From assembly GCA_034417895.1 (NCBI GenBank), contig DAOULT010000061.1:22379-86378 (forward strand): a stretch of 64,000 nucleotides of DNA. Reading direction: 5' to 3'. Origin of the DNA: Anaerolineae bacterium (GTDB lineage Bacteria > Chloroflexota > Anaerolineae > CAZYHC01). The translations under genes and the position numbers were made by a program. Below the pieces are notes generated by a model. It ran no database searches. It saw nothing but the letters and a program-made list of their open reading frames with translations, and was not told the origin of the DNA. Shown piece after piece: positions 18,701 to 27,440 of this stretch. Every line of letters starts with the position of its first letter. Within the stretch, counting starts at the first letter, position 1.

Positions 18701-21700
18701 TTGTTCTCGCGTCGCCAGGAAACGTACTCGCGCCCGCTGACCCACACAAAGATGCTGCTCTGCACCAGGCGCTCGGTGGTGTCGCGCCCGTTGACCACGA
18801 TGCGGTACGATCCGCCTTTGGGCGGGATGAAGGTGGTAACCGCCTCGGCGTTTTGGTCGGTGGTGATGGTCTCCTCAAAGACCAGTTCGTTCACCGTCTC
18901 CCATTTCCAGCGGCCTCCGCCGGCTTCGTCCTCGACGAAGGTGTTGACCCACTCCCGACGGTAAACCTCCACTTTTAGCTTCTGGTTGGGGAACCGCTCT
19001 CCGGCCCAATCGACGGTCACGACGTCCACGGACATCTCTTTTTCGGCCCGCCCGATGTATTGGCGCGGAGCCAGGCCGACGTAAAATTCGCCCTGGTGGA
19101 CGACGATATCCTTCCGACCGGAGATGACCTGGTTGTCTGCGCCGGTAGCGGTGGCTTCCACGATCAGGCGACGGCTGCCCACCGGCCCTTCGCGGTCTGG
19201 AGCGACGGTCAACTGAGCGATGTTGCCCGGCAGCTCGACGATCAGTTGGCCGTTTTTATCGGTGCGCCCCGCCCCGCTGAGCACTACCTGGGGCGGTTCG
19301 GGATACCACCACCAGCAATCAAAGCAAATCCAGGGATCGTTGGTGTCGGTGAATCTGTAGCGACCGAATTGCGGCGGTTTGAAGCGATAGGTTTCGGCCA
19401 TCACGTTCCACTGGACGGGCACGTCTACCACCGGGCCGCCGAAGAAATATTTCACCTCGACGGTGGCCTTAGTAGGCTCTCCGGCCACGACCTCTTCCTG
19501 GTCGGGGGTGACGACCACCTCGAACTCCGGGGGACGATAGGCCGCCACCTGGAAACTGCCGGGGAAGTTAGAGCCTGCGAAGTTAGCCCGAATCTGGTAG
19601 TGGCCCAGAGACGCGCCCCCGGCCAGAGCCAGCTCCCCGTGGAAAGCGCCGAACTCGTCCAACTCCAGTTCCTCGTTATATACCTCCTCCCCGGCGGCGT
19701 CACGAATGGTAACGTACACTGGCTCCAGGTCGGGCAGGCCATAGTGAACGTCGTCTTCGGCGCGGATGATGCCCCGGAAGTACACCGTCTGTCCGGCGCG
19801 ATAGATGGGCCGCTCGGTGTAGACGTGGGCGCGGAAGTCACGCTTATACTCCTGGTTAAAGCCGAAGTCCCAGGACGTGACGCCGGGGTTCCACCCTTCG
19901 CCGCCCATAGTGAAGGGGGCTTCGCTGAGGACGAATATAGTGTTAGAGCGCCCGGAGCCTGTATCGAAGTGAGCCAGCCCATCGGCGTCGGTGGTGGCTG
20001 CGCCCAGCTTGTCTCCGTCCCGGTCGAGGGCCTTGAGTTCCAGGCCCGCCACCGGCCGGCCGGTAGGCAGGTCGGTGGCCCAGGCCAGCATCTCGTCGTC
20101 GGCGATCTTGAGGGTCAGGTTGGTCTCGGACACCACCAGCAGATGACGATGCCACCAGCGTTCGTAGGTCACATCCGGCGAATCGATATCCAAGAGATAG
20201 ATGCCGGACGGCAGCCTTCCCCCGCCTTCGACCAGATCGACGGGCAGGTATTGCTCTTCGTTCAGCGGCGCTTCGACCCACACCGACCAGGCCCGCATCA
20301 GGTCTCTACCAGGCGGGATGAAGTCATACCCCTCTCTCTGGGCCTGGAGGAAGTCATCCACGTCGAGGCCATAGAGCATCAAATCCAGGCGGCTGGTGTT
20401 GAGGTAGGCCACGAACAGGCGAGCCGGGTCGGCGGCGTTGTAGGTGCCCACCAAGCCGGGAACGTGCAGGCGGACCATCGGCTCCAGGGCCGCGGTGGTG
20501 AAGCGCACGGTCATCTCCTGGCCGGTGGTGTTGCCGTAGGGGTCGGCGATGTGGGGGCCGATGTGCACCTGGTAGTCGGTCGAGGGTTGGGGATTGAAGT
20601 AGAGCACAAAACTGTTATCCCAGGTGTCGAAGTAGGTGTAGACCTGGGTAGGCGAGAGCGGCGGGGTCATGGTCAGGTTGCCCATCACCGTGTCGGGGTC
20701 GATGGGGGCGTTAAAATGGATCCTGAAATCGGTGTAGGGATAGGCGTCCTTCGTCCCATCAGGGGGGGAAGTGCCGATGATGCGCGGCAGGGGCGCGGTG
20801 GTGAATCGCCACTCATAGTCAGCGCGCATCCCCTCCCCGCCGGACAGGCTGGTCACCCCGCGGGCGATGCGCACCTCATACGTCTGGTCAAAATCCAGCA
20901 TTTCCTCCGGCTGGAAAACTAAAGTGTTGGTGTAATACTCGAAGTCGCCGATCACCCGGCGGCCATCTGCGGTTTTGAGGCTGAAAGCTTCCTTGAAGGA
21001 TGAGAGGTCTATCGGCTGATTGAACTGCACCTCGATTTTGGTCACAGGGGCCACCAGGGTTTGATCGGTTGAGGGCGTAGTCCAGGTCACTTCGGGCGGC
21101 TGGGTGCTGAAGGTCCAGTCGTAATCTTCTTCCAGGAGGCCGCCGGTAGTGTCGCTGAGGCCGGCCACGACGCGGGCCGTGTAAGTGACGCCTCCGGCCA
21201 GGGGCTTATCCGGGGTGAAGATGTACATGGAGGTGTTCAGCCACTCGCCGCGGCCCGTGACTTGCGGCTCGAAGGTCAGCGGTTGGGGCAGGTCGGCCTG
21301 CTCGTCCAGGGTGGTCAGAGGCACGACGGGGCGGTTGAACATCACCGTCAGGCTGCCATCGGTCTCCACGTCGTAGCTCTCGGGGGCGGGGATGACCTGC
21401 GATACCTCCAGGTAGCCGACGGTGGTGAAGCGGAACGCATAAGTCTCTGCCAGAGAAACGCCGTCAGCGGCTTTGGCTTCCATTCCCAGGCTGACCTTAT
21501 AGGTCGTGGAGCGGGCCAGCGGCTCGGCGGGATAGAAGCGGACTGTCCTCTCGTCGGGCCACTCGAAGCGGCCTGCAACTTCAGGAGCGATGCGGAAAGC
21601 GTTTTCCACCGCAGCCTGATCCATGGCCCGGTCGAAGACCAATTCGACGGGGCCCTCCAGAGGCAACTCCTGGCCGCGCTCAGGCGTGCGCTGGATGACG

Positions 21701-21813
21701 ATGGGGGCCGGAACAGGGCCAGGGGACGCAGAGGTCTTCCTGGGCCGGCCAATGGCCCCCAAAAGCAGGCTGGTCACCACGACCAGCGTTAAAGCGATGT
21801 ACAGGTGTTTCAT
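15799..21813 (-). CDS. Bacterial alpha-2-macroglobulin family protein (about 2000 aa) with N-terminal Big_5/SbsA-type Ig domains and a CxEQ thioester motif
   Basis: The start is ATG 21813 with AGGAGGGAAG upstream and a signal peptide MKHLYIALTLVVVTSLLLGA. The thioester region is LEHFPYECSEQVVSRF. Its size and repeat architecture are typical of bacterial A2M. Confidence 0.85.
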   Translation of the reverse strand: MKHLYIALTLVVVTSLLLGAIGRPRKTSASPGPVPAPIVIQRTPERGQELPLEGPVELVFDRAMDQAAVENAFRIAPEVAGRFEWPDERTVRFYPAEPLARSTTYKVSLGMEAKAADGVSLAETYAFRFTTVGYLEVSQVIPAPESYDVETDGSLTVMFNRPVVPLTTLDEQADLPQPLTFEPQVTGRGEWLNTSMYIFTPDKPLAGGVTYTARVVAGLSDTTGGLLEEDYDWTFSTQPPEVTWTTPSTDQTLVAPVTKIEVQFNQPIDLSSFKEAFSLKTADGRRVIGDFEYYTNTLVFQPEEMLDFDQTYEVRIARGVTSLSGGEGMRADYEWRFTTAPLPRIIGTSPPDGTKDAYPYTDFRIHFNAPIDPDTVMGNLTMTPPLSPTQVYTYFDTWDNSFVLYFNPQPSTDYQVHIGPHIADPYGNTTGQEMTVRFTTAALEPMVRLHVPGLVGTYNAADPARLFVAYLNTSRLDLMLYGLDVDDFLQAQREGYDFIPPGRDLMRAWSVWVEAPLNEEQYLPVDLVEGGGRLPSGIYLLDIDSPDVTYERWWHRHLLVVSETNLTLKIADDEMLAWATDLPTGRPVAGLELKALDRDGDKLGAATTDADGLAHFDTGSGRSNTIFVLSEAPFTMGGEGWNPGVTSWDFGFNQEYKRDFRAHVYTERPIYRAGQTVYFRGIIRAEDDVHYGLPDLEPVYVTIRDAAGEEVYNEELELDEFGAFHGELALAGGASLGHYQIRANFAGSNFPGSFQVAAYRPPEFEVVVTPDQEEVVAGEPTKATVEVKYFFGGPVVDVPVQWNVMAETYRFKPPQFGRYRFTDTNDPWICFDCWWWYPEPPQVVLSGAGRTDKNGQLIVELPGNIAQLTVAPDREGPVGSRRLIVEATATGADNQVISGRKDIVVHQGEFYVGLAPRQYIGRAEKEMSVDVVTVDWAGERFPNQKLKVEVYRREWVNTFVEDEAGGGRWKWETVNELVFEETITTDQNAEAVTTFIPPKGGSYRIVVNGRDTTERLVQSSIFVWVSGREYVSWRRENNDRINLIADKGSYTVGETAEILIPSPFQGEHYALITVERGNIIHREVLQLESNSQVYELPITLDHVPNVYVSAVIVKGQDEDNPVANYKVGYAAFSVDPEPQKLTITLTPSVEKAGPGDTVTYQVRATDHTGEPVAAAFSLDLVDKAILTLSPRPPEAIVNTFYGQRGLGVSTSSGLAISINRLVLEQLKERGEEYDKHARGAEEGMMLGEVPPAPAATMTPGMAADEEFAEEKQAAPPPGVELREEFADTAYWNATVVTDRSGQASVEIPLPDNLTTWVCRGVAVTANTQVGEATSEILVTKPLLVRPVTPRFFVVDDRAELAALVNNNADQALDVVVALSSSGLKLHSDAEQTVNIPAGGEAKVTWDVTVLDVEEAELIFSAVCGEYSDAARPRLTTGPEGTLLVYRYSAPEVVGTGGQLVEQGTRTEVIALPPRYDERQGQLTIQLDPSLAAGMQDGLKYLEHFPYECSEQVVSRFLPNVLTYRALRELGIERPDLEEILPDLVETALNKLYLMQHDDGGWGWWYRSTSSNPHLTAYVILGMDKAREAGFEVREEVITRGLEYLFGQLVTSRELKGYRQANRQAFILYVMAEAGNAAWASEYTGDLLENREKLSHYGRALLAMTLDLINPNDDRLPTLLSDLNNAAILSATGAHWEEAHYDWWAMNTDTRSTAIILDALAKLDPDNDLIPNVVRWLMVARRDGIWETTQETAWALIALTDWMVVTGELQGQYEYFAALNDEELASGAVNAENVDQSIKLRVAVAELLRDQGNRLDIGRYEGPGRLYYTAHLKIYLPVEDIEPINRGIIVYRQYTRADCAVGKECEEVDSAKVDDVIQVKLTIVAPHDLYYVVVEDPLPAGAEAIDPSLATTSLLERDPHLYRQSQNERWREFYWWWWRWYSRYEMRDEKMVLFADYLPAGSYEYVYTFRATLPGEYRVIPTFANEMYFPEVFGRSDGRLFTISE

Positions 21814-21837
21814 TTTCTTCCCTCCTGATCTCAGGTG

Positions 21838-21856
21838 ATCGTGGACGTACCACGAT
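21838..21856. promoter_or_regulatory. Inverted repeat ATCGTGG-acgta-CCACGAT, about 25-45 nt upstream of the A2M start; operator-like
   Basis: It has perfect 7-bp arms and an adjacent GCCATGGC palindrome. Confidence 0.25.
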
Positions 21857-22182
21857 GGCCATGGCGCTAAATCTACCTTAGAGACGTTGGAGCTGGCGAG
21901 AAAGTTCCCCCACGTTGCTGCTGATGGGTGCATTGTACCACAGCCTCTTCAGGGGGTCAAAGAGGACAGCAGGGGCCTGGCACGACGAACGTTCGCTGTT
22001 GAAGTGCCAGGCGGCTGAAAATTGGAAAGTCGGAAAAACGCGAAGAATATGGTATAATGTCAGGCGTGGAGCGGCCATTGACCGGCTCATTCGCAGGGGG
22101 CTGACGGCGAGGTGACACCGCTAGACGAAGGTTTCAATTTCGCATTGTGTTTATCTCCGAAGAGGAGAAAGGAGAAAATAAC

Positions 22183-23892
22183 ATGTACAAACTCATCACC
22201 AAGGGACTGCGTCTACTTTTCATCGTGGCCCTGGCTGCCGGGCTGGCTCTGGGCGCGGCGCCCGTGCCGGTGGCTCACGCCGCTACGATCAATGTCAACA
22301 GCACCACCGATAACACGACCGCTGGCGACGGCACCTGTACCCTGCGCGAAGCTATCAATAACGCCAACGCCGACGCCGATACTACCGGAGGCGACTGTGC
22401 TGCCGGCAGCGGCGCTGACACCATCAGCCTTCTTGCCGGCACCTACACCCTGACGATAGTTTCCACAGACGAAGACGCCAACGCCGACGGCGACCTGGAC
22501 ATCACAGGAGGAAGCGACCTGACCATCCAGGGCGCAGGCGCAGCCACCACCATCATCGACGGCAACGGCAGCGTGACGAATGGCCGTGTGCTCCACATCA
22601 CCATAAGCGACATCACCGTCAGCATAGACGGGGTGACCATTCAGAACGGCAACATGGGAGACTGGGGAGGGGGCATCTACAACCACGGCAGCCATTTGAA
22701 CGTCGCCAACAGCATCATCTCCGGCAACCAGGCAAGCCACCACGGCGGCGGCATCTTCAACTTCGGCGGCACGGCGACCATCTCTAACAGCACCATCTCC
22801 GGCAACCAGACAATACACTACGGCGGCGGCATCGACAACAGCGGCGCGGTGACCATCACCAACAGCACCATCTCCGGCAACCAGGCAAACTGGGGCGGCG
22901 GTGGCATCCGCAACAGCGGCGGCACGTTGAACGTCGCCAACAGCACCCTCTCCGGCAACCAGGCAGACTCTGACGGCGGCGGCATCTACAACGGGAGCGG
23001 CACGACCACCCTGGACAACGTGACGATTAGCGGCAACACCGCCAGCGGCGACGGCGGGGGGGTCACCGGGGACCCCCAATATGGCGGTATAGTCAATCTC
23101 AGAAACACCATCATCGCCGGGAACACCGACACGGGCGGAGAAGCGCCCGATGGTAGCGGGACGCTTACCTCCCTGGACTACAACCTGGTAGGGAACAGCA
23201 CGGGCTGCACCATCACCCTGCAAGCGAACGACCAGATAGGCACCGGCGGCAGTCCCATTGACCCCATGCTGGGACCCCTGGCCGACAACGGCGGCGCGAC
23301 GCACACACACGCCCTGCTCATCGGCAGCCCGGCCATTGATAAGGGCCATTGCACCGACAGCGGCGGCAACCCTGTCACCACCGACCAGCGCGGCGTGGCC
23401 CGGCCACAAGGCGCTACCTGCGACGTCGGGGCATACGAGAAAGCCATTGCGCCTGGCGTGCCAGATTTGTCCATCGGCAAGAGCGCCATCCCTGATCCGG
23501 TGATTGCTGGCGGCCTGTTGACCTACACCATCAACGTGGCCGAAAGGGGCGGCCTGGTAGACGCTACCGGGGTGCAGATGACCGACACCATACCCGCCGA
23601 CACCGTTTTCGCCTGGGCCGACAACGGCGGCTCTCTGGTGGGCGGCGACGTGCTATGGTCGGGCCTGACCATCAGCGCCAGCCAGAGCATCAGCATCGCC
23701 TTTGTAGTGACGGCCAGCTATAGACCCCATGCCACCACGCTCCGCTGGTTCCTCCACAACGATCACTACCAGGCGGTCATCGCTACCACCGCAGGGATAA
23801 GCGTGGTGACAGGCAGCGCCGTGACCACCACGGTACGGGCCATTGGAGCCTATCTGCCCACCATCCAGAGGAACAACGTCATCACGCCGTAA
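22183..23892 (+). CDS. Secreted CSLREA-domain protein with right-handed beta-helix repeats (NSTISGNQA rungs) and a C-terminal DUF11 domain
   Basis: The ribosome-binding site AGGAGAAAGGAG precedes the ATG at 22183. It has a signal peptide, a GDGTCTLREAINNANAD motif, about eight NxTISGNQ(A/T) repeats and a DUF11 motif (PDPVIAGGLLTYTINV). Confidence 0.75.
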   Translation: MYKLITKGLRLLFIVALAAGLALGAAPVPVAHAATINVNSTTDNTTAGDGTCTLREAINNANADADTTGGDCAAGSGADTISLLAGTYTLTIVSTDEDANADGDLDITGGSDLTIQGAGAATTIIDGNGSVTNGRVLHITISDITVSIDGVTIQNGNMGDWGGGIYNHGSHLNVANSIISGNQASHHGGGIFNFGGTATISNSTISGNQTIHYGGGIDNSGAVTITNSTISGNQANWGGGGIRNSGGTLNVANSTLSGNQADSDGGGIYNGSGTTTLDNVTISGNTASGDGGGVTGDPQYGGIVNLRNTIIAGNTDTGGEAPDGSGTLTSLDYNLVGNSTGCTITLQANDQIGTGGSPIDPMLGPLADNGGATHTHALLIGSPAIDKGHCTDSGGNPVTTDQRGVARPQGATCDVGAYEKAIAPGVPDLSIGKSAIPDPVIAGGLLTYTINVAERGGLVDATGVQMTDTIPADTVFAWADNGGSLVGGDVLWSGLTISASQSISIAFVVTASYRPHATTLRWFLHNDHYQAVIATTAGISVVTGSAVTTTVRAIGAYLPTIQRNNVITP

Positions 23893-23924
23893 GGGGTCGG
23901 GCGGGGCTGCTCCACACGTCCAAC

Positions 23925-23954
23925 GGGCGAGGTTGTAGAAGCCTCGCCCGTTTT
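23925..23954 (+). terminator. Intrinsic terminator after the CSLREA gene; a conserved 3' element family member
   Basis: GCTGCTCCACACGTCCAACGGGCGAGG-ttgtagaag-CCTCGCCC GTTTTGT. Confidence 0.55.
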
Positions 23955-24137
23955 GTATCAGCAGAGCAGACACGGATTAGGATCACGGATTTCACGGATT
24001 GGAGTCGCGGATTCCACAAAGAATCGGTGAAGAAAATCCGTGTTGGCTGCGGCGGGCAATCGTCCTTGTCAGAAAGGGAAAAATATGGTATCCTCTGATT
24101 GGAGGAGAGATCAAAAGCGAGAACGAAGGAGTATGCA

Positions 24138-25355
24138 ATGTCAACCAAAGACTTTCCGGGCAGGGGCAAAGTAGCCATCCTCAAAACCCATCCTGACACC
24201 GTGCTGGAGGACTACCGCCGCCTGATGCACCTAGCCGGCTATCAGGAAGCCCTGCCCCAAGATAAAGAGACGATCCTCAGGATCAACATCTCCTGGCAAC
24301 AGTGGTATCCGGCCTGTTCCACCGTCCCCTGGCAATTGGAAGGGGTCATCAAGACCATGCTGGCCGACGGCTACCAGGGTTTAATCGCCGCCCAAAACCG
24401 TACCGTGGTGGTGGACGCCTACGTCGCGGAGCGCAACAACAAGCACAAGCTGGTGGTCGAAAAATACGGTTTGCGCAACGTCCATCTCTACGAGCCGCAG
24501 GTGGAATGGGTGCACTACGAACCTGAAGAGCCCTTCCTGGCGCTGCACGACGTCTATCCCGAAGGGCTTAAAATCCCCAAGATGTTCATCGGGCGCAACG
24601 TGATCCAGTTCCCTACGGTCAAGACCCACGTGTTCACCACCATCACCGGGGCGATGAAAAATGCCTTTGGCGGGTTGCTCTCGAACAGGCGGCACTGGAC
24701 ACACGGCGTCATCCACGAAACCCTGGTCGATCTGTTGAGCATCCAGCAGGATATCCACCCCGGCATTTTTGCCGTCATGGATGGTACCTTTGTGGGCGAC
24801 GGGCCCGGCCCGCGCGCCATGCGCGTCTTTGAGAAGAACATCATCCTGGCTTCGGCCGACCAGGTAGCCATCGACGCCCTCTCGGCCTATATTCAGGGCT
24901 TCGATCCCCTGAACATAGGCTTCATCCGCCTGGCCCACGAACGAGGGTTGGGAGTGGGCGACATGCGCGATATCGAGGTGGTGGGAGACGTGGACATCGA
25001 GAAGATTCGCTGGCAGGCCGAGACGGGCGATACCTTCGCCAGCCGGGGACAGAAGCTCATTTACTACGGCCCCCTGAAGCCCTTCGAGAACTTCCTGTTA
25101 CGCACTCCGCTGGTACCCTGGTCGTATCTGGCTTCGCGGGGCTATTTCGATGGTTTCTGGTATCCCTGGGTCGGTAACAGGCGGGTACAGGCGGCCCTGA
25201 ACACCAAATGGGGGCGATACTTTGCCCGGTACGGCGACGTTCCAGCGATCACCGAGCCCCTTTACCAGCCCTGGATGATGGGCCTGATTGCGCTGGGGGC
25301 CGGGCTTATGACCTTAGGCTGGTTGCGGTTGCGGGGGCGGAAGAGGAAAGGATAA
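24138..25355 (+). CDS. DUF362-family protein with a C-terminal transmembrane helix
   Basis: GAAGGAG precedes the ATG at 24138. The DUF362 assignment rests on overall similarity and is uncertain. The tail LIALGAGLMTLGWL is hydrophobic. Confidence 0.55.
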   Translation: MSTKDFPGRGKVAILKTHPDTVLEDYRRLMHLAGYQEALPQDKETILRINISWQQWYPACSTVPWQLEGVIKTMLADGYQGLIAAQNRTVVVDAYVAERNNKHKLVVEKYGLRNVHLYEPQVEWVHYEPEEPFLALHDVYPEGLKIPKMFIGRNVIQFPTVKTHVFTTITGAMKNAFGGLLSNRRHWTHGVIHETLVDLLSIQQDIHPGIFAVMDGTFVGDGPGPRAMRVFEKNIILASADQVAIDALSAYIQGFDPLNIGFIRLAHERGLGVGDMRDIEVVGDVDIEKIRWQAETGDTFASRGQKLIYYGPLKPFENFLLRTPLVPWSYLASRGYFDGFWYPWVGNRRVQAALNTKWGRYFARYGDVPAITEPLYQPWMMGLIALGAGLMTLGWLRLRGRKRKG

Positions 25356-25544
25356 TTGCGTCCCCGATGGTCTGATCGAGCGTGTGATTTCAAGATGCCG
25401 CCGCCATCTTTGCAGGCCCAATCGGAGTAATGAGCCATACCATATATAGGCTCAAAACGCTGAGCGAGCCAACATCTAGTGGTTTCTCTCGCGGCCAAAG
25501 GGCTGATGAAGACCAGGCAAGCAAAAGCAAGCGAAAATCAGCTA

Positions 25545-25573
25545 TTGACATGGGACGCATTTCGTGGTATACT
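25545..25573 (+). promoter_or_regulatory. Sigma70-like promoter TTGACA-17-TATACT, leaving a leader of about 350 nt before the small DUF11 gene
   Basis: TTGACAtgggacgcatttcgtggTATACT. Confidence 0.4.
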
Positions 25574-25888
25574 AAAGTCAACTTTCAGCAATAAACTGTG
25601 CATTTGTATCCTTACGGCTTTGCGGAGCGGAGCGGCTACGCCCCTTGTTGTCTTTTCATAAATTGATCTGGCTCTGGCTTACTCCACCTGCCTGAGGGGA
25701 GGAGAGCAGCGATGACATATGTTGTCGTCATGACCGGGGCCAGCGAAGACAGTGGGGGTGTAAAGCTTTGGTAATCTCTGAGAAAGATAAATGAAAGGAG
25801 GGAAAGAAAAGGTTACTTACACCGGTTTATTGTTAAGGAGGTAAAGAAAAGGTACAACAGGCGACTGTCAAGAAAGACCAGACGAGAT

Positions 25889-25906
25889 AGAACAGTTGAC
25901 TGTTCT
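25889..25906. promoter_or_regulatory. Inverted repeat AGAACAG-ttga-CTGTTCT next to the CTTGTACAAG palindrome, immediately upstream of the ribosome-binding site of the small DUF11 gene
   Basis: It has perfect 7-bp arms. A 10-bp perfect palindrome follows 1 nt later. Confidence 0.3.
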
Positions 25907-25927
25907 TGTACAAGAAGGAGGAAAGTT

Positions 25928-26554
25928 ATGCGTAAAACAAAAGACAATGCTAAATTCCCCTCAGGTTTATCTATTCTAATCGTCGTGGGCCTGGCCCTGG
26001 TTATGCTGCTTGCGGCCAGACCTACCGTCTGGGCTACGGGAGAGCAACAGACTATACCTACTATACCTACTATACCGACCATACCCTCTCCACTGACCAT
26101 CACCAAGACCGACTGTCCTGATCCGGTGGAGCCAGGCGCTATTCTCAACTACACCATCGTGGTCGCTGCCGTGGCCCCTGTCGTACCGGACGGGCCAGCA
26201 GACGAGTGGGCGGGGGCAGGGCAGGTTAGCTCTCGGCAGACCCTCCCTTACGGCATAGTGGTGACCGACGTCGTGCCGGCTAACACCACTTTCTCCAGCG
26301 CCGATAGCGGCGGCACGTACATCAGCGCCACAAACATGGTGGTCTGGTCGGGCCTGTCAATCACCGCCGGCGAGAAGATCACTGTACAGCTCAATGTCCG
26401 GGTCGCCCAAGGTCTATCCGTGGGAACGGTTCTCGAGAACGCCTACTACGGGGCGATGGTAACAAACACCGCGGGAGTGAGTGCTACGGTGGGTGTCCCG
26501 GTCACCACTACGGTGGCGTGGAACCCTCTGAGGCTGCCTCTCATTCGGAAGTAA
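25928..26554 (+). CDS. Small secreted DUF11-domain protein, a paralog of the protease C-terminal domain
   Basis: The ribosome-binding site AAGGAGG is present. It has a signal peptide, a TIPTIPTIPTIP repeat and PDPVEPGAILNYTIVV. The C-terminal 100 aa align with the C-terminus of the 11568..15041 protein, and both end in LPLIRK. Confidence 0.7.
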   Translation: MRKTKDNAKFPSGLSILIVVGLALVMLLAARPTVWATGEQQTIPTIPTIPTIPSPLTITKTDCPDPVEPGAILNYTIVVAAVAPVVPDGPADEWAGAGQVSSRQTLPYGIVVTDVVPANTTFSSADSGGTYISATNMVVWSGLSITAGEKITVQLNVRVAQGLSVGTVLENAYYGAMVTNTAGVSATVGVPVTTTVAWNPLRLPLIRK

Positions 26555-26591
26555 GAGCCGAGTATAGCTGTAGCTGCTCCAAACATCTGGC

Positions 26592-26627
26592 GGGCGAGGT
26601 TTCAGGACCTCGCCCGTTTTTGTTGTT
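26592..26627 (+). terminator. Intrinsic terminator; a conserved 3' element family member
   Basis: GCTGCTCCAAACATCTGGCGGGCGAGG-tttcaggac-CTCGCCC GTTTTTGTTGTT. Confidence 0.6.
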
Positions 26628-26762
26628 GGGGAGGTCTTTTTCCTGCTTTCACACAAACCACCTCCCGGGTATCTTGTCCAACGTTTCCTGGCAAGAAGTC
26701 CGCCAGGAAAGCCCTTGCTCCTGGCTTCGGCAATGACGGCGACGACAACGACGCAAGCGAAT

Positions 26763-26791
26763 TTGTCAATTTGGCCGAATGTGTGTATAAT
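26763..26791 (+). promoter_or_regulatory. Promoter TTGTCA-17-TATAAT with an extended -10 (TGTGTATAAT)
   Basis: TTGTCAatttggccgaatgtgtgTATAAT lies about 120 nt upstream of the DksA/TraR-like gene. Confidence 0.4.
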
Positions 26792-26914
26792 TCAGGGCAC
26801 GTCGGATTGGGCACACCCTGTTTTAGTCTCAAAGAGACAGATAATGGTACATTATATGGCCTGGAGTCTAGATAGGGAAATTAGCCCCGGCAACATGCAA
26901 GGGGGGTGATAAGG

Positions 26915-27295
26915 ATGAGAGCCAGAAACAAGCCGACCGGGCGAGAGCGGGAGAAGTTGGAGAGAGAACGTGAAGAAACCCAGCGCAAGCTCGAACGGAT
27001 GCGAGAGTATTTGAAGTACGAGATAGATGCCAGCGCTGACGAAGGCGATCCCGATATCTACGAGCGAGAGAAAAATCTGGCTCTGGTTCAAAGTCTGGAG
27101 CGTAAATTGGATTCCATTACCCACGCCCTCCGCCTGTTTGAGGCCGGTATGTATGGCATCTGCGAGAGGTGCGGGGAGACGATAGACCCGGCTCGTCTGG
27201 AGGCGCTGCCGGACGCTACTCTGTGCCTCAAGTGCAAGACTGAGGTGGAGAGGTTGGCTAAAAAAAGAAGAATGGTAGGATCAGGGCCTTTTTGA
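26915..27295 (+). CDS. DksA/TraR-family C4-type zinc-finger protein
   Basis: The C-terminus is CERCGETIDPARLEALPDATLCLKCK. The N-terminus is a coiled coil. Confidence 0.75.
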   Translation: MRARNKPTGREREKLEREREETQRKLERMREYLKYEIDASADEGDPDIYEREKNLALVQSLERKLDSITHALRLFEAGMYGICERCGETIDPARLEALPDATLCLKCKTEVERLAKKRRMVGSGPF

Positions 27296-27320
27296 CAACC
27301 GGCTCGATTTCTGCTAAAAT
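27292..27320 (+). promoter_or_regulatory. Promoter TTGACA-17-TAAAAT for the oxidoreductase operon
   Basis: TTGACAaccggctcgatttctgcTAAAAT overlaps the stop codon of the DksA-like gene. Confidence 0.45.
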
Positions 27321-27402
27321 ACACCAGTGATGTCCAAGGTATGCTTCAGAGAGCAAATTTTTCCCCAGGGGAAGAGTTTGCCCCTGAGAGCGTATGGTCG
27401 GT

Positions 27403-27440
27403 GGGTTAGATCCGTCCCGGGGACAATCTAACCCTATTTT
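27403..27440 (+). terminator. Terminator-like hairpin plus T5 inside the 150-nt leader of porG (candidate attenuator)
   Basis: GGGTTAGA-tcc-GTCCCgGGGAC-aa-TCTAACCC then TATTTTT. A second hairpin CAGGGG-aagagtttg-CCCCTG lies about 15 nt upstream. Confidence 0.35.

Noticed and set aside
16993-20922. Long ORFs on the plus strand (498 aa and 620 aa) antisense to the A2M gene. The same situation occurs at 22213..23409 (antisense to the CSLREA gene) and at 27447..29423 (antisense to the por genes).
   Set aside because: These are typical high-GC antisense open frames. They have no ribosome-binding sites, Ala/Arg/Gly-rich compositions and no domain signatures, and the sense-strand genes are strongly supported.
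26056-26090. 9-nt tandem repeat ACTATACCT
   Set aside because: It is an in-frame repeat encoding TIPTIPTIPTIP within the small DUF11 gene. It is noted under that gene and is not a CRISPR or an independent repeat.
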